NCBI GenBank assembly: GCA_937625935.1
Contig: OW569351.1
Coordinates: 310,001-374,000 of the forward strand
Length of the DNA stretch: 64,000 bases
Direction of reading: 5' to 3'
From: Tetramitus jugosus
Lineage: Eukaryota; Protista; Heterolobosea
Below the pieces are notes generated by a model. It did no database searches and was not told the DNA's origin. It saw only the letters and a list, made by a program, of their open reading frames with translations. Position 1 is the stretch's first letter. The number at the start of each line of letters is the position of its first letter. Shown here in pieces: positions 32,501 through 41,845 of this stretch. Position numbers and translations under genes: made by a program.

Positions 32501-32942
32501 CCAAAAAGACCACTTTTTCATACTGAGTCAAATTCAGTGCATTACACTTTGTGAAACACTTGTCAATCCAAGTGTTGTAATAGTGTTGAAACTTTTGACC
32601 CAGTTTTTGCCTTGTTTTGGTCTCAATGACCGGAACTTGAATCACATGATCAAACAGTGTGGAGAGTGCGTCACGAATACGCTGGGAAATGTCTTGAGTG
32701 ACCATAACAACGAGATCATGACTCGTTTTCGCAACATGCTTTAAGCTATAAGCGAGAACAAGTGCACCAATCGCATAAGATTCGTCTTGCATCACAAGTG
32801 TGACGTAGGCGAACTTGGATTGTGGTTGAGGATGATTGCTGTTGTCTGTCATATGAGATGTGAATTTGCTTTTTTCTTGTCGTGGAGAAATTTTTGCAGC
32901 CATTGTTTTTGAGTTCAGAAATGGTTGTTTGATTTTCAGCAT
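29517..32942 (-). CDS. Multidomain fusion: GT8 (glycogenin/P13-like) glycosyltransferase + SAM-dependent amino-methyltransferase + GNAT acetyltransferase + R/D/Q-rich tail; start could be 32942, 32903 or 32852
   Basis: YVTLV..GALVLAYSL, FLDADM, HFITEKPW (GT8); ILDFSAGWGDRL and FTSPPFFDLE (MTase motifs I and IV); SVLPNHRGHGLG and MYARIGF (GNAT); one uninterrupted ORF. Confidence 0.85.
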   Translation of the reverse strand: MLKIKQPFLNSKTMAAKISPRQEKSKFTSHMTDNSNHPQPQSKFAYVTLVMQDESYAIGALVLAYSLKHVAKTSHDLVVMVTQDISQRIRDALSTLFDHVIQVPVIETKTRQKLGQKFQHYYNTWIDKCFTKCNALNLTQYEKVVFLDADMVAWKCPDDLFELRAPAGVCSAVEDQEACHGKPIPEQVVRDSLNQYGIRGFLYLLRPNESDYEEMKRIVTSSEFFGDNEHYIGPDEKLFTEFYLSNWTHVHNKYGYIAWKAMDDNIDPVITHFITEKPWAPSKEWKEQESWDNVAISMLKQYPKLSFLFANNDAVIQRFSKWGYELTTDEMVHDDKYQTVKQLLIPYITTDETRQINLPYTDFEKLSEEYGHQYVVRVLSEFISNGLIGFPFKKYTFTEEQVSLMFKRLVDHKPIVENAPFRIPSLKSISKEFLFPVSFREPNQYCIHVSPDSDYNSMDILSDYFQEECRLNAKRIDTNINSIQFWNSRAGNGQVLNHLLERKSDINSHELRESLYFVHKECTQFKPSLAKFVYETLGGTRILDFSAGWGDRLLAALATNVDLYYATDPNIALKQGHSAMINRFAAKDAKSKFHIQYEPFQTADIPANLKFNLVFTSPPFFDLERYTVEHEGQSIDDFPELNDWLVKFLFTSLEKSWSYLEDKGHLAIHITDTYHTKICEIMNIFIQTQLSDSHYVGVIASRGMADKARPIWVWQKRSDLAQSQEIKGKITHAKQLLSKYYGSIADIIQQSKPLYIPILPEDQVKRSSVVYDNIIHSYVSLYKNTAATSYYQVEGTRAIKSFESVVTETNNAFKNLVLGVKLSDFDQASSNAILYQQDLEFCVRQLMMPQFINRELSDLKQFSIVVPNYITTSTRSGIMLHSVLETIGFKKSGNMGMYLNLDDYKSSDDSGDPSISIKLVTSKTALLDFCEVNKKAYNGVLSKEEEELFMNLKESDIVRRWVAYKRDDGQDIAIGCASVCYNLANNSCHVMDISVLPNHRGHGLGSRLTRTTISDAIERGAQFCTLGSTWKAQNMYARIGFEEVEEMRYYRYLGARPQQQQQHYPRRDGGSRRDYRDHNREQNRDQLRDQQRDRRDQSYHSRGHSRSSYQPPSYHKRESYQDRDTRGSQDDHQHEKRRRYH

Positions 32943-33004
32943 AACTTTGAAGGATGGAGGGAGGGGAGCTCCCTCATTAGTTGAGATTGTAATTATTGGT
33001 GCAG

Positions 33005-34144
33005 CTATGTTGTTTTATTATCACTGAATGCAGTGCCAGCAAATTTTTCTTGTATGTGTTGTAGATCCTTTTCGGCCAGATCGTTTTGACCTAGCTCTTG
33101 ATAGACCAATGCTCTGTATCGATAAGCAGCCGCGTTCAATGGATAAAGGTCGATACTGTAAGATAGGTCCTCTAGTGCCTGATCCAAGCTCCAAACATCC
33201 TCTGGTATCTTATTTGGTTGTCCCAACTTGTAATTCTCATAAATGATGCGACCTCTGCAAAAGTATGCATCTTGCGTACGATAGCCAGCCACGATCACTC
33301 TAGAAGCATCACTCAAGGAACGTGCAAGCTCAGATGCCGTGTATGGTCGTTTTTCTTCTTCGGCGGCTGCCAATGTTGCCTCTGCTCTCAGCAAATAGGA
33401 TTTTGCCTTCTCCCATTCTGGTTGCTCTTGTGCAATTGATTTGGTTAACCATTGCACTGCCTCCGAGGAACGATTGACCATGGATAAATAGGTAGCATAA
33501 TTGAAGCAAGCAACAGAGCCAGAATCAGTCAGCTGAATCACCCTCAACAAATCCTTCTCCAATGGCTCTGTCAATTCAGGCAGAGAAGCATTCGTCCTAT
33601 TCAGCGCTGACATTTGTGTCCTGGCTCTCAACACGAGTAAATCAATCTCTAAATCATCAGCAACTTGCAAAATCAATTTCCTTGCTTCTTCCCCTTCTAA
33701 TTCTTCTGCCTTGACACGCAAATCCTTGACGAGCAACAGACCTCTATCCATCAAGTAAAGTCCTAGTTCAATACGTCCATTCTCGATATGATCTTGTGAC
33801 TCTTCAAACACTTGTTCAATGGTATTCTCCAATGGTATCAAATGCTTCACTTGCTTCAAAACAGGATCGTCATCCACAGAGATCATCATCTCATCATTCT
33901 GTGTAGTGTATGATCTTGTCTTGTTGGAACAGCTGTTTCGACCAACATGATGTGAACTCGTACTACGATTGAATTGAAAGCTGCTTGTGCTTGCTGTCGT
34001 GGTCAACAACGAGGTGAATGAACGATGATGAAGAGAAGTGTGATGATGATGAGGATGGCAGAATGAGGGTCGATGCATGCGCGTTGTCATCTTGATGTTA
34101 TTTGTCGTGATCAATTGTTTGATCAATGATAGTGATCGACTCAT
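33005..34144 (-). CDS. TPR protein with mitochondrial-type presequence
   Basis: R/S/T/H-rich N-terminus; AYFCRG, ALEDLSYSIDLYPLNAAAYRYRALVYQELGQNDLAEKD TPR pattern. Confidence 0.75.
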   Translation of the reverse strand: MSRSLSLIKQLITTNNIKMTTRMHRPSFCHPHHHHTSLHHRSFTSLLTTTASTSSFQFNRSTSSHHVGRNSCSNKTRSYTTQNDEMMISVDDDPVLKQVKHLIPLENTIEQVFEESQDHIENGRIELGLYLMDRGLLLVKDLRVKAEELEGEEARKLILQVADDLEIDLLVLRARTQMSALNRTNASLPELTEPLEKDLLRVIQLTDSGSVACFNYATYLSMVNRSSEAVQWLTKSIAQEQPEWEKAKSYLLRAEATLAAAEEEKRPYTASELARSLSDASRVIVAGYRTQDAYFCRGRIIYENYKLGQPNKIPEDVWSLDQALEDLSYSIDLYPLNAAAYRYRALVYQELGQNDLAEKDLQHIQEKFAGTAFSDNKTT

Positions 34145-34242
34145 TGTTGTTATTTTGTTGTTTTTTGTGTTTTGTTGTTTGGATTAAGATTCTTGTTCAG
34201 CTTTGGTGCGGATAAGCTTTTATTTTGTTGTTTCCGAGAAGG

Positions 34243-35697
34243 TTAGGCAATGGGCTTGCAAATGGTTGGCCGATGTCGAGCATAGCGATCATAATACACC
34301 AAGTTTGCAAAGGCATCCAATGCTGCATAATGGACTTGAGTGTTTGATAGGACTGGTGCACTCCAGTTGGATCGTGTCACCTTCTTGTTCTTTGGAAACT
34401 TCAATTGAAGGCTGAGAGCAATGAGATTGGACATGCCAGATTCTCTTGGATCCAGCTCGATGCATCCCTTTGGATCCACACCCAACAAGTTCTTTAGGCG
34501 AGAAATGTCTTGACTTCCTCCAGCCCAAACCTTCTTTAAGTTGTCATCTCTCAGAAAATCTAAGAAATTGTTTGGCCAAACCTTGAAATTTTGTCGAACA
34601 TTGGCCAAAACTGCCACAGAGTTCTTTGTAGCCAACTGTATGACGTCCACAGTGTTCACATTGTATTGAGACCACTCGGTATCTGCTCCCACGACCAATG
34701 CTCCACTATCATACACATGTGCTTGAATCCAATCGGCCAACTGATCATGAGATTGGATAATGGTTGGTTTCTGCGGTAGTGACACCTCTGACATGGAGTG
34801 AATATCGATTCTAGTGAACGGTAGCATACTAGTCAACACTTCCAAATCCTCTGAATCCTCTCTCAACTTGACAAAGTACTGATTCTCAAAGACACCAACA
34901 GAGAACAAGCTCGAAAAATAGCGCAGATAAGCCAAGAGATTGACCCGATGAGTCAATGCACTCGGATACAGTGTCTTAATCATCGAATAAAGCTTGTTCG
35001 CATTCATGACCGAATAATCATTAATCATTGTTGTTGTTGCTGCCGAGTGATAACTTGCCATACTCGATGCTAAACTCACCTCTTCTTGTGACTCATTCAC
35101 ACCATCCACTTGCATCGTCTTGTTTGACGAGTTTTGCTGCTGCTGTTCCATCGTTCGTGAACAACTTTCCATGTCTCTCAATATCGTAAACAACACATTC
35201 TTCACATAGAACGCATGCTTCATCTCCGGGGACCAATCACTCGGACATGCGTGAATCATTCGTTGATAGGCCTTACCTTCCAAGTCATGATGCACATGAT
35301 AGAATTGGAGCAATGTAATTCGTTGTTTGTTGATGCTCGTGTTCCAACTGAGAAACACATTGGCACAATGTTGTCTATATTCGCTCTCATCCGCCATAGT
35401 GGAAGAACTATTGGACAGTAGAGAAAAGTGAATGCGATCGTTTCTGAGAAAGGATATGGTTTCTGATGGGAGAGCAGATTGTGGGTCATTCGAAAAGGAT
35501 AGATGTTGTTGATGTTGTTGGTGATGATGATGAGAGTGATAATGATTGTGTTGTTGTGATTGTTGTTGGAGTGCGAGTAGGTGATGAGGACAAGAGGGGG
35601 AAAAGAGTGGGAAAAGATGGGTGTTGGTGTGTCTTTGGAAGGTGAGACAATGTCGTTGACAAAGGCGAACGATTTGTCGTCTTGACCTCTGGAGCAT
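34243..35697 (-). CDS. DnaQ-like 3'-5' exonuclease (WRN/EXD2 type, DEDDy), probable mitochondrial presequence
   Basis: VGADTEW, VIQLAT, QDISRL, RSNWSAPVLSNTQVHYAALDA. Confidence 0.85.
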   Translation of the reverse strand: MLQRSRRQIVRLCQRHCLTFQRHTNTHLFPLFSPSCPHHLLALQQQSQQHNHYHSHHHHQQHQQHLSFSNDPQSALPSETISFLRNDRIHFSLLSNSSSTMADESEYRQHCANVFLSWNTSINKQRITLLQFYHVHHDLEGKAYQRMIHACPSDWSPEMKHAFYVKNVLFTILRDMESCSRTMEQQQQNSSNKTMQVDGVNESQEEVSLASSMASYHSAATTTMINDYSVMNANKLYSMIKTLYPSALTHRVNLLAYLRYFSSLFSVGVFENQYFVKLREDSEDLEVLTSMLPFTRIDIHSMSEVSLPQKPTIIQSHDQLADWIQAHVYDSGALVVGADTEWSQYNVNTVDVIQLATKNSVAVLANVRQNFKVWPNNFLDFLRDDNLKKVWAGGSQDISRLKNLLGVDPKGCIELDPRESGMSNLIALSLQLKFPKNKKVTRSNWSAPVLSNTQVHYAALDAFANLVYYDRYARHRPTICKPIA

Positions 35698-35765
35698 TGC
35701 TTTTTGTTGTGGTTGTTGATTTCCTTGTTCTGTGTGAAAGCTTTTTCTATTGTCGGAGAAAACAA

Positions 35766-36776
35766 TCAATGGGAGTGATTGTATTGGGAGATGGCTGTGG
35801 CAATGTCATGGCTATCAGGAACAGTATAGTACAGTGTTTTTCGTTGGAAATAATCTGGAATCATGCGTAAATGATCAATGACATCGTGCAGCATGTGACA
35901 TCTGTCAATGGAAAAGTTGTTGAGATTCACATGTGTGTAATGCACATGCAAATGGTAGAACGAAGGTTGGTAGTGCAAGAATATACGGAGTTGACTCCGA
36001 GCGACTCCATATTTTTGTTGAAGAATTCTAGCACCCTCGTTCAACATGTTCTCGAGTAGAGGCAAGTGGCTCGCATTCAGTTCCCTAATACTGAACAGAT
36101 TTCTGTCATGACAGATACCGAGACAATATAAGCTGTCGATATTGCTTTTGTTGTCCCACTTGAAATCTGGTAGCATGATAAAACCATTCATAGGGTCCGG
36201 ATCTTCAAACACGATATGTTCTGACTCCTTTTTCTTTTCCAGAATGTTGTACACCCAGTCTAAGCTCCTGGAAGAGCAGTACTGAGAAATGATCGGTCGC
36301 ACTACCTTGTGGTACAACTCTGGGGTCTCTTCTACATAAACCAAAGATGTATCTTGATATCTACTTTTCTGATACTTTGCTACATCATCATCCGTTGCAG
36401 GAATAATCATCTGAACATGATATCGATTGAACAGATTGTTCTGAGAATAGACACAACAGGCAGTGCCATTGGAGAACTTGTCATTCACCGTCATGGAACT
36501 AGGTTCGAACCGAAATTGTCTCACACTGCTTTGGATCTCTTCGAATAGGCGTTCTTGATCAACATCTGTTTGACTTGTTTCGGTCCAACGAGGTAATACT
36601 TGCTTCTTGATCAACAGAATGGCTCTCTGATCGTTTACTGTTCCCAAAACACATGTCAAATAATGATCTGGATCAGTCCACAATACCTTTGCGAGTTGAA
36701 AATTCGATAGATCAGATGGAACGAGCGCAATGCTTGCCTGATCTGCCCGATCGTCCGTTGTTCCGTTCAGGTTCAT
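35766..36776 (-). CDS. DCPS: m7GpppX scavenger decapping enzyme
   Basis: ETPELY, WVYNILE, GFIMLPDFKWD, SIRELN..HLPLL, HYQPSFYHLHVH (HIT motif). Confidence 0.95.
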   Translation of the reverse strand: MNLNGTTDDRADQASIALVPSDLSNFQLAKVLWTDPDHYLTCVLGTVNDQRAILLIKKQVLPRWTETSQTDVDQERLFEEIQSSVRQFRFEPSSMTVNDKFSNGTACCVYSQNNLFNRYHVQMIIPATDDDVAKYQKSRYQDTSLVYVEETPELYHKVVRPIISQYCSSRSLDWVYNILEKKKESEHIVFEDPDPMNGFIMLPDFKWDNKSNIDSLYCLGICHDRNLFSIRELNASHLPLLENMLNEGARILQQKYGVARSQLRIFLHYQPSFYHLHVHYTHVNLNNFSIDRCHMLHDVIDHLRMIPDYFQRKTLYYTVPDSHDIATAISQYNHSH

Positions 36777-36981
36777 TCTTGTTGCGTGGAATTTCAGCTC
36801 TGTTTGTTTCTCCGGAGTGAGAGAAAGCTCTCATGATGTCAGGGGGAGGAAAAATTTTCATCATCGAGTTGTGGGGCGACAGTCGGCGTTTCTTTTTCCT
36901 TTCACGGTCGGTGAGACAAACAAAAAAACAAGACAAAAACAAACAGAGAGAGGACACGTTTTTTTTATTTTTTCAAATTAA

Positions 36982-38076
36982 ATGGGTGGATCAATATCGC
37001 ACATGGAGTCACTCGACAATGACTGTGACTTTGTTGGCTCAGCTTTCCTGGAGCAACGGAGGCGGACAATTACCAGCAGGCCCTATGACTCTAGAGAGCA
37101 AAAGAGAGAACATTTGATACGGCTGGACAAGTGGAGAGAAGAGGAAACACAGGAGCAGAATGAGCATCGAAGACGAACACTATCCACCTACAAATCCAAA
37201 GCCAAGATTTATCGGAGTATAGATATCCCGAGCTGGGAGAAATCAGGATGGAACATTCCAAACACGCAACTGTCGGACCAATTTTACAAAGAACACTCGT
37301 GCATTACAAAGTACGCTGCAAATGACTCGATTAACAGCAGAGTGGCACTGTTCAGAGGTGATATTATGGCTCTAGAGGTAGATGCCATTACAAATGCTGC
37401 CAATAATTCCATGCTTGGTGGCGGAGGAATTGATGGTGCCATTCATGCTGCTGCGGGTCCACTACTGCTGCGCGACACTGCCGCCATGAATGGACTCAGG
37501 ACAGGCAAAGCGAAAATATCAAAGGGATACAACCTTCCAGCAAGATACATTGTGCACACTGCTGGTCCAACGGAAGAGAATGCTGAGGAACTGATTTCAT
37601 CCTATACCAGTGTATTGAACTTGGCTGTTCAACACAAGATTGAATCATTGGCACTATGTTGTGTGTCTACGGGTATTTTTGGTTTTCCACTGTTGAAAGC
37701 CACTGATATCGCACTGAAAACTGTGAGAGAATTCCTAGAGAAGAAACCCAATCTGAAGCTCTATGTCATTTTCGTAGTGTTCTTATCCAAGGAAGAATCA
37801 ATTTACAATAAGCTTATGCCTGTTTATTTCCCGTTGAATCACAGTGAGAATGCGATGCCAGAGGACCCAATATTGCTCGAACAACGAAAACAAGATGAAG
37901 TGAGATCAAGAAGCTCCTCTTTGGAAGACATGAAGCAAAAGGGCAGTTCCCTGCTAATGTATATTAGTGACAGTGACAATAGTGTCTGGAGTGAAAGTGA
38001 ACAAGAGGACACCAATGGGGAACAGAATGAACCAGCTGCTGAACCAGAACAAGAGGGACGACATGTGGGTACGTAA
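36982..38076 (+). CDS. MacroD-type macrodomain ADP-ribosyl hydrolase
   Basis: GDI...VDAITNAANNSMLGGGGIDGAIHAAAGP, LPARYIVHTAGP, STGIFGFP. Confidence 0.92.
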   Translation: MGGSISHMESLDNDCDFVGSAFLEQRRRTITSRPYDSREQKREHLIRLDKWREEETQEQNEHRRRTLSTYKSKAKIYRSIDIPSWEKSGWNIPNTQLSDQFYKEHSCITKYAANDSINSRVALFRGDIMALEVDAITNAANNSMLGGGGIDGAIHAAAGPLLLRDTAAMNGLRTGKAKISKGYNLPARYIVHTAGPTEENAEELISSYTSVLNLAVQHKIESLALCCVSTGIFGFPLLKATDIALKTVREFLEKKPNLKLYVIFVVFLSKEESIYNKLMPVYFPLNHSENAMPEDPILLEQRKQDEVRSRSSSLEDMKQKGSSLLMYISDSDNSVWSESEQEDTNGEQNEPAAEPEQEGRHVGT

Positions 38077-38252
38077 AATGCAACGGTAAGTTTCAGGGAG
38101 AAAAGAAAAAAGCTGATTGCATTGAACAAGAAACGACCGTAACAGTAACAATGACAGTGTTATTGCGACAAGTCACTCAGAGACTTATGAACAACCACAC
38201 ACAATTTTGCATCCATAACATAAATTATGTTCACCATTGAAGTGAATTTATT

Positions 38253-39766
38253 TCAGTTCCTGTGTCTCTTGAAACTAAAGTTTCCAAATGTTGCCAGATC
38301 ACCAAATGGAGTAGTTGGTGACTGCTCAGTACAGTTGGAAAAATCGTCAAAGTACTTGGCATCGGAATCCGAGTCCAGTTCTGGTCGAAAAGGTGCCCGT
38401 TCTTTCCGAATCGTCTCCCATTGTATTCCTGAGAAGAATGGATGATTCTTTATGGCTGATATTCCACCATTCTCTTCTGATCCCATCCTGTTCGACATGT
38501 CGCACAGTAAGTTCTTCATCAAAGCTACTGCTTCTGCGGACACGGGCACATCTTTTGGAAACCGAAGACAACGAGCCCAATGAATCGTCTTTTGTAATAT
38601 TGTCACAGGGTTCTCATCAAAAAATGGAGTGATTCCATACAACATTTCGTACATGATCACTCCTACACTCCACCAGTCACACTCAAAACCGTACCCCTTC
38701 TTTAACAGCACCTCTGGTGCAATATAACCTGGGCTTCCTACTGTCGAATACAACAACTGTCTATTTCTGTACTTCAGTCTCCAATCCTTCTTGCTCTCTA
38801 AGTTCTTAGTAATTTGCTCCAATGATTTCTCTTCCGTGATGCAGTCGGATGCTATTGCCTCTGGTGTATTCGCATAATTGTCATAGGATTTGCACAATCC
38901 AAAATCTGTCAACTTCAAATGTCCCTGTCCATCCAAGAGAATATTGTCCGGTTTGATGTCACGATGTACCAGATTCATCTTGTGAACTGACTCCACAGCC
39001 AATACTAGCTCAGCAATATAAAACTTGGTTTCTACCTCTGTGAATATATTCTTGTTGATCAACCAAGTCATTAAATCCCCTCCAGGCATATACTCCAGCA
39101 ACAAATACACAAAGTAAACATCTTGAAATGAGTACAACAATTCCACGATCCACTATAATTATTTCATCAGAAAGGTGGTTAGAAAATGAATGTCAAAAAA
39201 AAGTTGTCGGTAGACTCCAATTACAAAAAGGAAGAACAAAAAAAGCATCTCATACTTACAGGATTGTGTGAATGTATGAGCACATCTCTCTCCAGTCTCA
39301 CCTGATGCACCTTGTTCTTCTTTAACAAATGTGATTTACTCATCTTCTTCATTGCAAGAACCGTGTTTGACTTCTTGTGTCTCACGAGCAGCACTTGACC
39401 CGATGATCCCTGACCAATGATACGCAACGTCTCAAAATCACTAATCGACAGTGTGGAAGCTGAAGACGGAGTGTGAGCACTCCCCACCGGCTCTGTCTCA
39501 ACATCAGTGCTATTGTTGTGAGGGTTCGTTATCCGTATTCTTAGAGGTTGTTCCTTGATTAATCTTGAGGAGGAAGCAACTGTGATTGATCGTTTCGGTA
39601 GAGCCGTTGCTAGTTCGTTGCTGCTCGAGTGGTTTACTTGAGAGGTCGCCAGGTTGTGCATCGGACATGAATTGCTCGTTTGAGGACTGTCCAAGATCGA
39701 GTCTTCAACCTCTGGTGATTCCTCTTCCATTGGATCTGGTGACTGGAGGGATAAGAAATTATTCAT
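38253..39766 (-). CDS. NDR/LATS-family AGC kinase; 2 exons (39766-39260, 39152-38253)
   Basis: GQGSSG, LAMK, ERDVL; intron restores HNP|WIVELLYSFQD; HRDIKPDN, DFGLC, YSTVGSPGYIAPE, CDWWSVGVI, FGNFSF. Confidence 0.92.
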
Positions 39767-40062
39767 CTTGAAGCAAAAATTGGGAAGCTTGTGCTTGTGT
39801 TTGTGTTTGTGGTTGGAGTTTTTGGAAACGTGAAAGCAAAGAATTAGTTTTTGCTTGTTGATCAGGTTTGCTCACTCCCAGAGAGTTATTGACCTCGCGG
39901 TCCGAGTTGTATATTTTTGGTTTGAAAAGCAACCGATAAAAGCCAAAATGACCAGGATGCGATTTGTTGTTCGTTGAGAATTTGGAAAATTTAATCCCTG
40001 TGTATTGTGGAATATTCAATCGACATGGGCTGTGGTCTGAGGCGTAACTTGCGTTCTCCTTC

Positions 40063-41436
40063 TTAGGGCTTTCTTGATCCCATTTTCTTGTTGGGGAATT
40101 TTCTCTTTTGTGGTGGCCTCTGCTTCTTCTTCGCCTCTTCTTCCAGTTGATCCCAGACTTCGTCATCAGCTCTCTTTCTCTTTCTTGCTGATCCCAAGGC
40201 AACAAACCCTGGCTTTTCGTGTGGAAGCTTCTTTTTTCTCTTTTCATCATCACTGTCTTCTTCGTACTCTGGCAAAGCAACCTCTTCAGAGTTCATCAGG
40301 AAGCAACCCTGTCTTTGAATCATGTAGAATGATTTTTCTAGACTTCTGTCCCTGGCGTTGTACAACCGAATAAATCGATCAGCACCAGAGCACGCGATAT
40401 ATTCACCTGATGTGTGATATTGAACCTGTGTCACAGCACCAGCCATTCCCTTAAAAACAAAGTTCTTCCGTCCAGTTTGTGCATTAGAAATGTCAACTCT
40501 GTGCAAACCTCCCACCGTACCTCCAGCAATCACCTCTTTTTCACGGATTGGTGAAGCATCAATGCATGAGAAGGCCGAATCAGACAATTGCTTTGTCAAG
40601 AATGGCAATCGTGAAGCTCTTCGATCATAGCACCGAACTTGTCCATAACCAGTCGCAACACAAACAATTTGACCAAAGTTCTCCTTGAGATTCAAGTAGC
40701 AAATATCACGAACAAACACTGGTTCCCTCAACTGAAGGTTCTTGTCAGTCTTTGGATCGTTCTGAGCTCTAAAAGTGCACTTTCCAGCGTTGACATCATA
40801 AATTTTCAGTAGTGAATTTTTGCCGCCATAAGCCAACTCTGTCGTAGCTTCATTGACCTTGACACCAATCATCTTGTGTATGTGAGTTCCCTCGGAAAAG
40901 TTTTCCACCTTTTTCTGCAATGTAATTTTTCTGACTGACTCATCACTCGATCTATAGTTCTCTATCGTGTACACCTCCAGCTTGCCCTTTTCAGTTGCAC
41001 AGTAAACGTTTCTCCGACTATCCGATACATTCTCCGAATACAAGCCACGAATCTCCGCCTCGGGCTTTTTGCCTTCTTCAAAGTGTTCAAATCGATTGAC
41101 CACAAAATTGGATTCAAGTGTTGTGATTGGCAATACGGATTTCGACTTGACATTGCCTCCTTCATCATTCTCATCATTATCACCATTATCATTGCTTGCT
41201 TCTTCTCCTTCCTCGGAGGGAAGAGGCAAATTCAAAAATGGCATAATGGACTCAATGGTACCATCCTTTCGTGCGAGCATAATTTCGTCTTCCATGTTTG
41301 GATGTGCCCAAACCATGTGTGTGATGCATCGGTTCATTCCTTGTGAGTCTTTGCCGTATTCTGCGACGACTCGTTGTTGATTCACGTCAATGACCTTGAG
41401 GAATCCAGTGTGTCCACCACAAACTATTTTGACCAT
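40063..41436 (-). CDS. WDR74: WDR74/Nsa1 60S biogenesis WD protein
   Basis: GFLKVID, AYGGKN, FRAQN..D.NLQLREPVFVRD, QVRCYD, KGMAGAV, SGADRFIR, DEVWDQLE. Confidence 0.88.
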   Translation of the reverse strand: MVKIVCGGHTGFLKVIDVNQQRVVAEYGKDSQGMNRCITHMVWAHPNMEDEIMLARKDGTIESIMPFLNLPLPSEEGEEASNDNGDNDENDEGGNVKSKSVLPITTLESNFVVNRFEHFEEGKKPEAEIRGLYSENVSDSRRNVYCATEKGKLEVYTIENYRSSDESVRKITLQKKVENFSEGTHIHKMIGVKVNEATTELAYGGKNSLLKIYDVNAGKCTFRAQNDPKTDKNLQLREPVFVRDICYLNLKENFGQIVCVATGYGQVRCYDRRASRLPFLTKQLSDSAFSCIDASPIREKEVIAGGTVGGLHRVDISNAQTGRKNFVFKGMAGAVTQVQYHTSGEYIACSGADRFIRLYNARDRSLEKSFYMIQRQGCFLMNSEEVALPEYEEDSDDEKRKKKLPHEKPGFVALGSARKRKRADDEVWDQLEEEAKKKQRPPQKRKFPNKKMGSRKP

Positions 41437-41845
41437 GTTTTTGATGCGCGCTGTGTTGATGATTAAATGGTGGCTTTTTGTTCACTTGGTATGAAATTGA
41501 ATTTTTCTTTGTGTCGCTTGTTCAAGGATTTGATTGAACATTCAGTTCTCATCGACGGGGAAATATCGTATCGGCTGTGTGGTGAAATTCAGCTTTCTCG
41601 ACGTATGTCGATGCTATGGCTACCACTGACGACAAAGTACGAATAGTAGTAGTGGAGATGGAGAATGTCCTTTGAGAGATCCACTCAAGACGTCCTTTCC
41701 TCGTTCTCTTTTTTCCGATCCGATCCCTATCAAGTTCGAACGAAAACGTCACCCACAAAACAAATTCGTGAGTGAGAAGGAGACATAGGCCATCACACAA
41801 AACATAGAGTTGTGAAATAACCAATAACCAATCTCTGAAGACACA

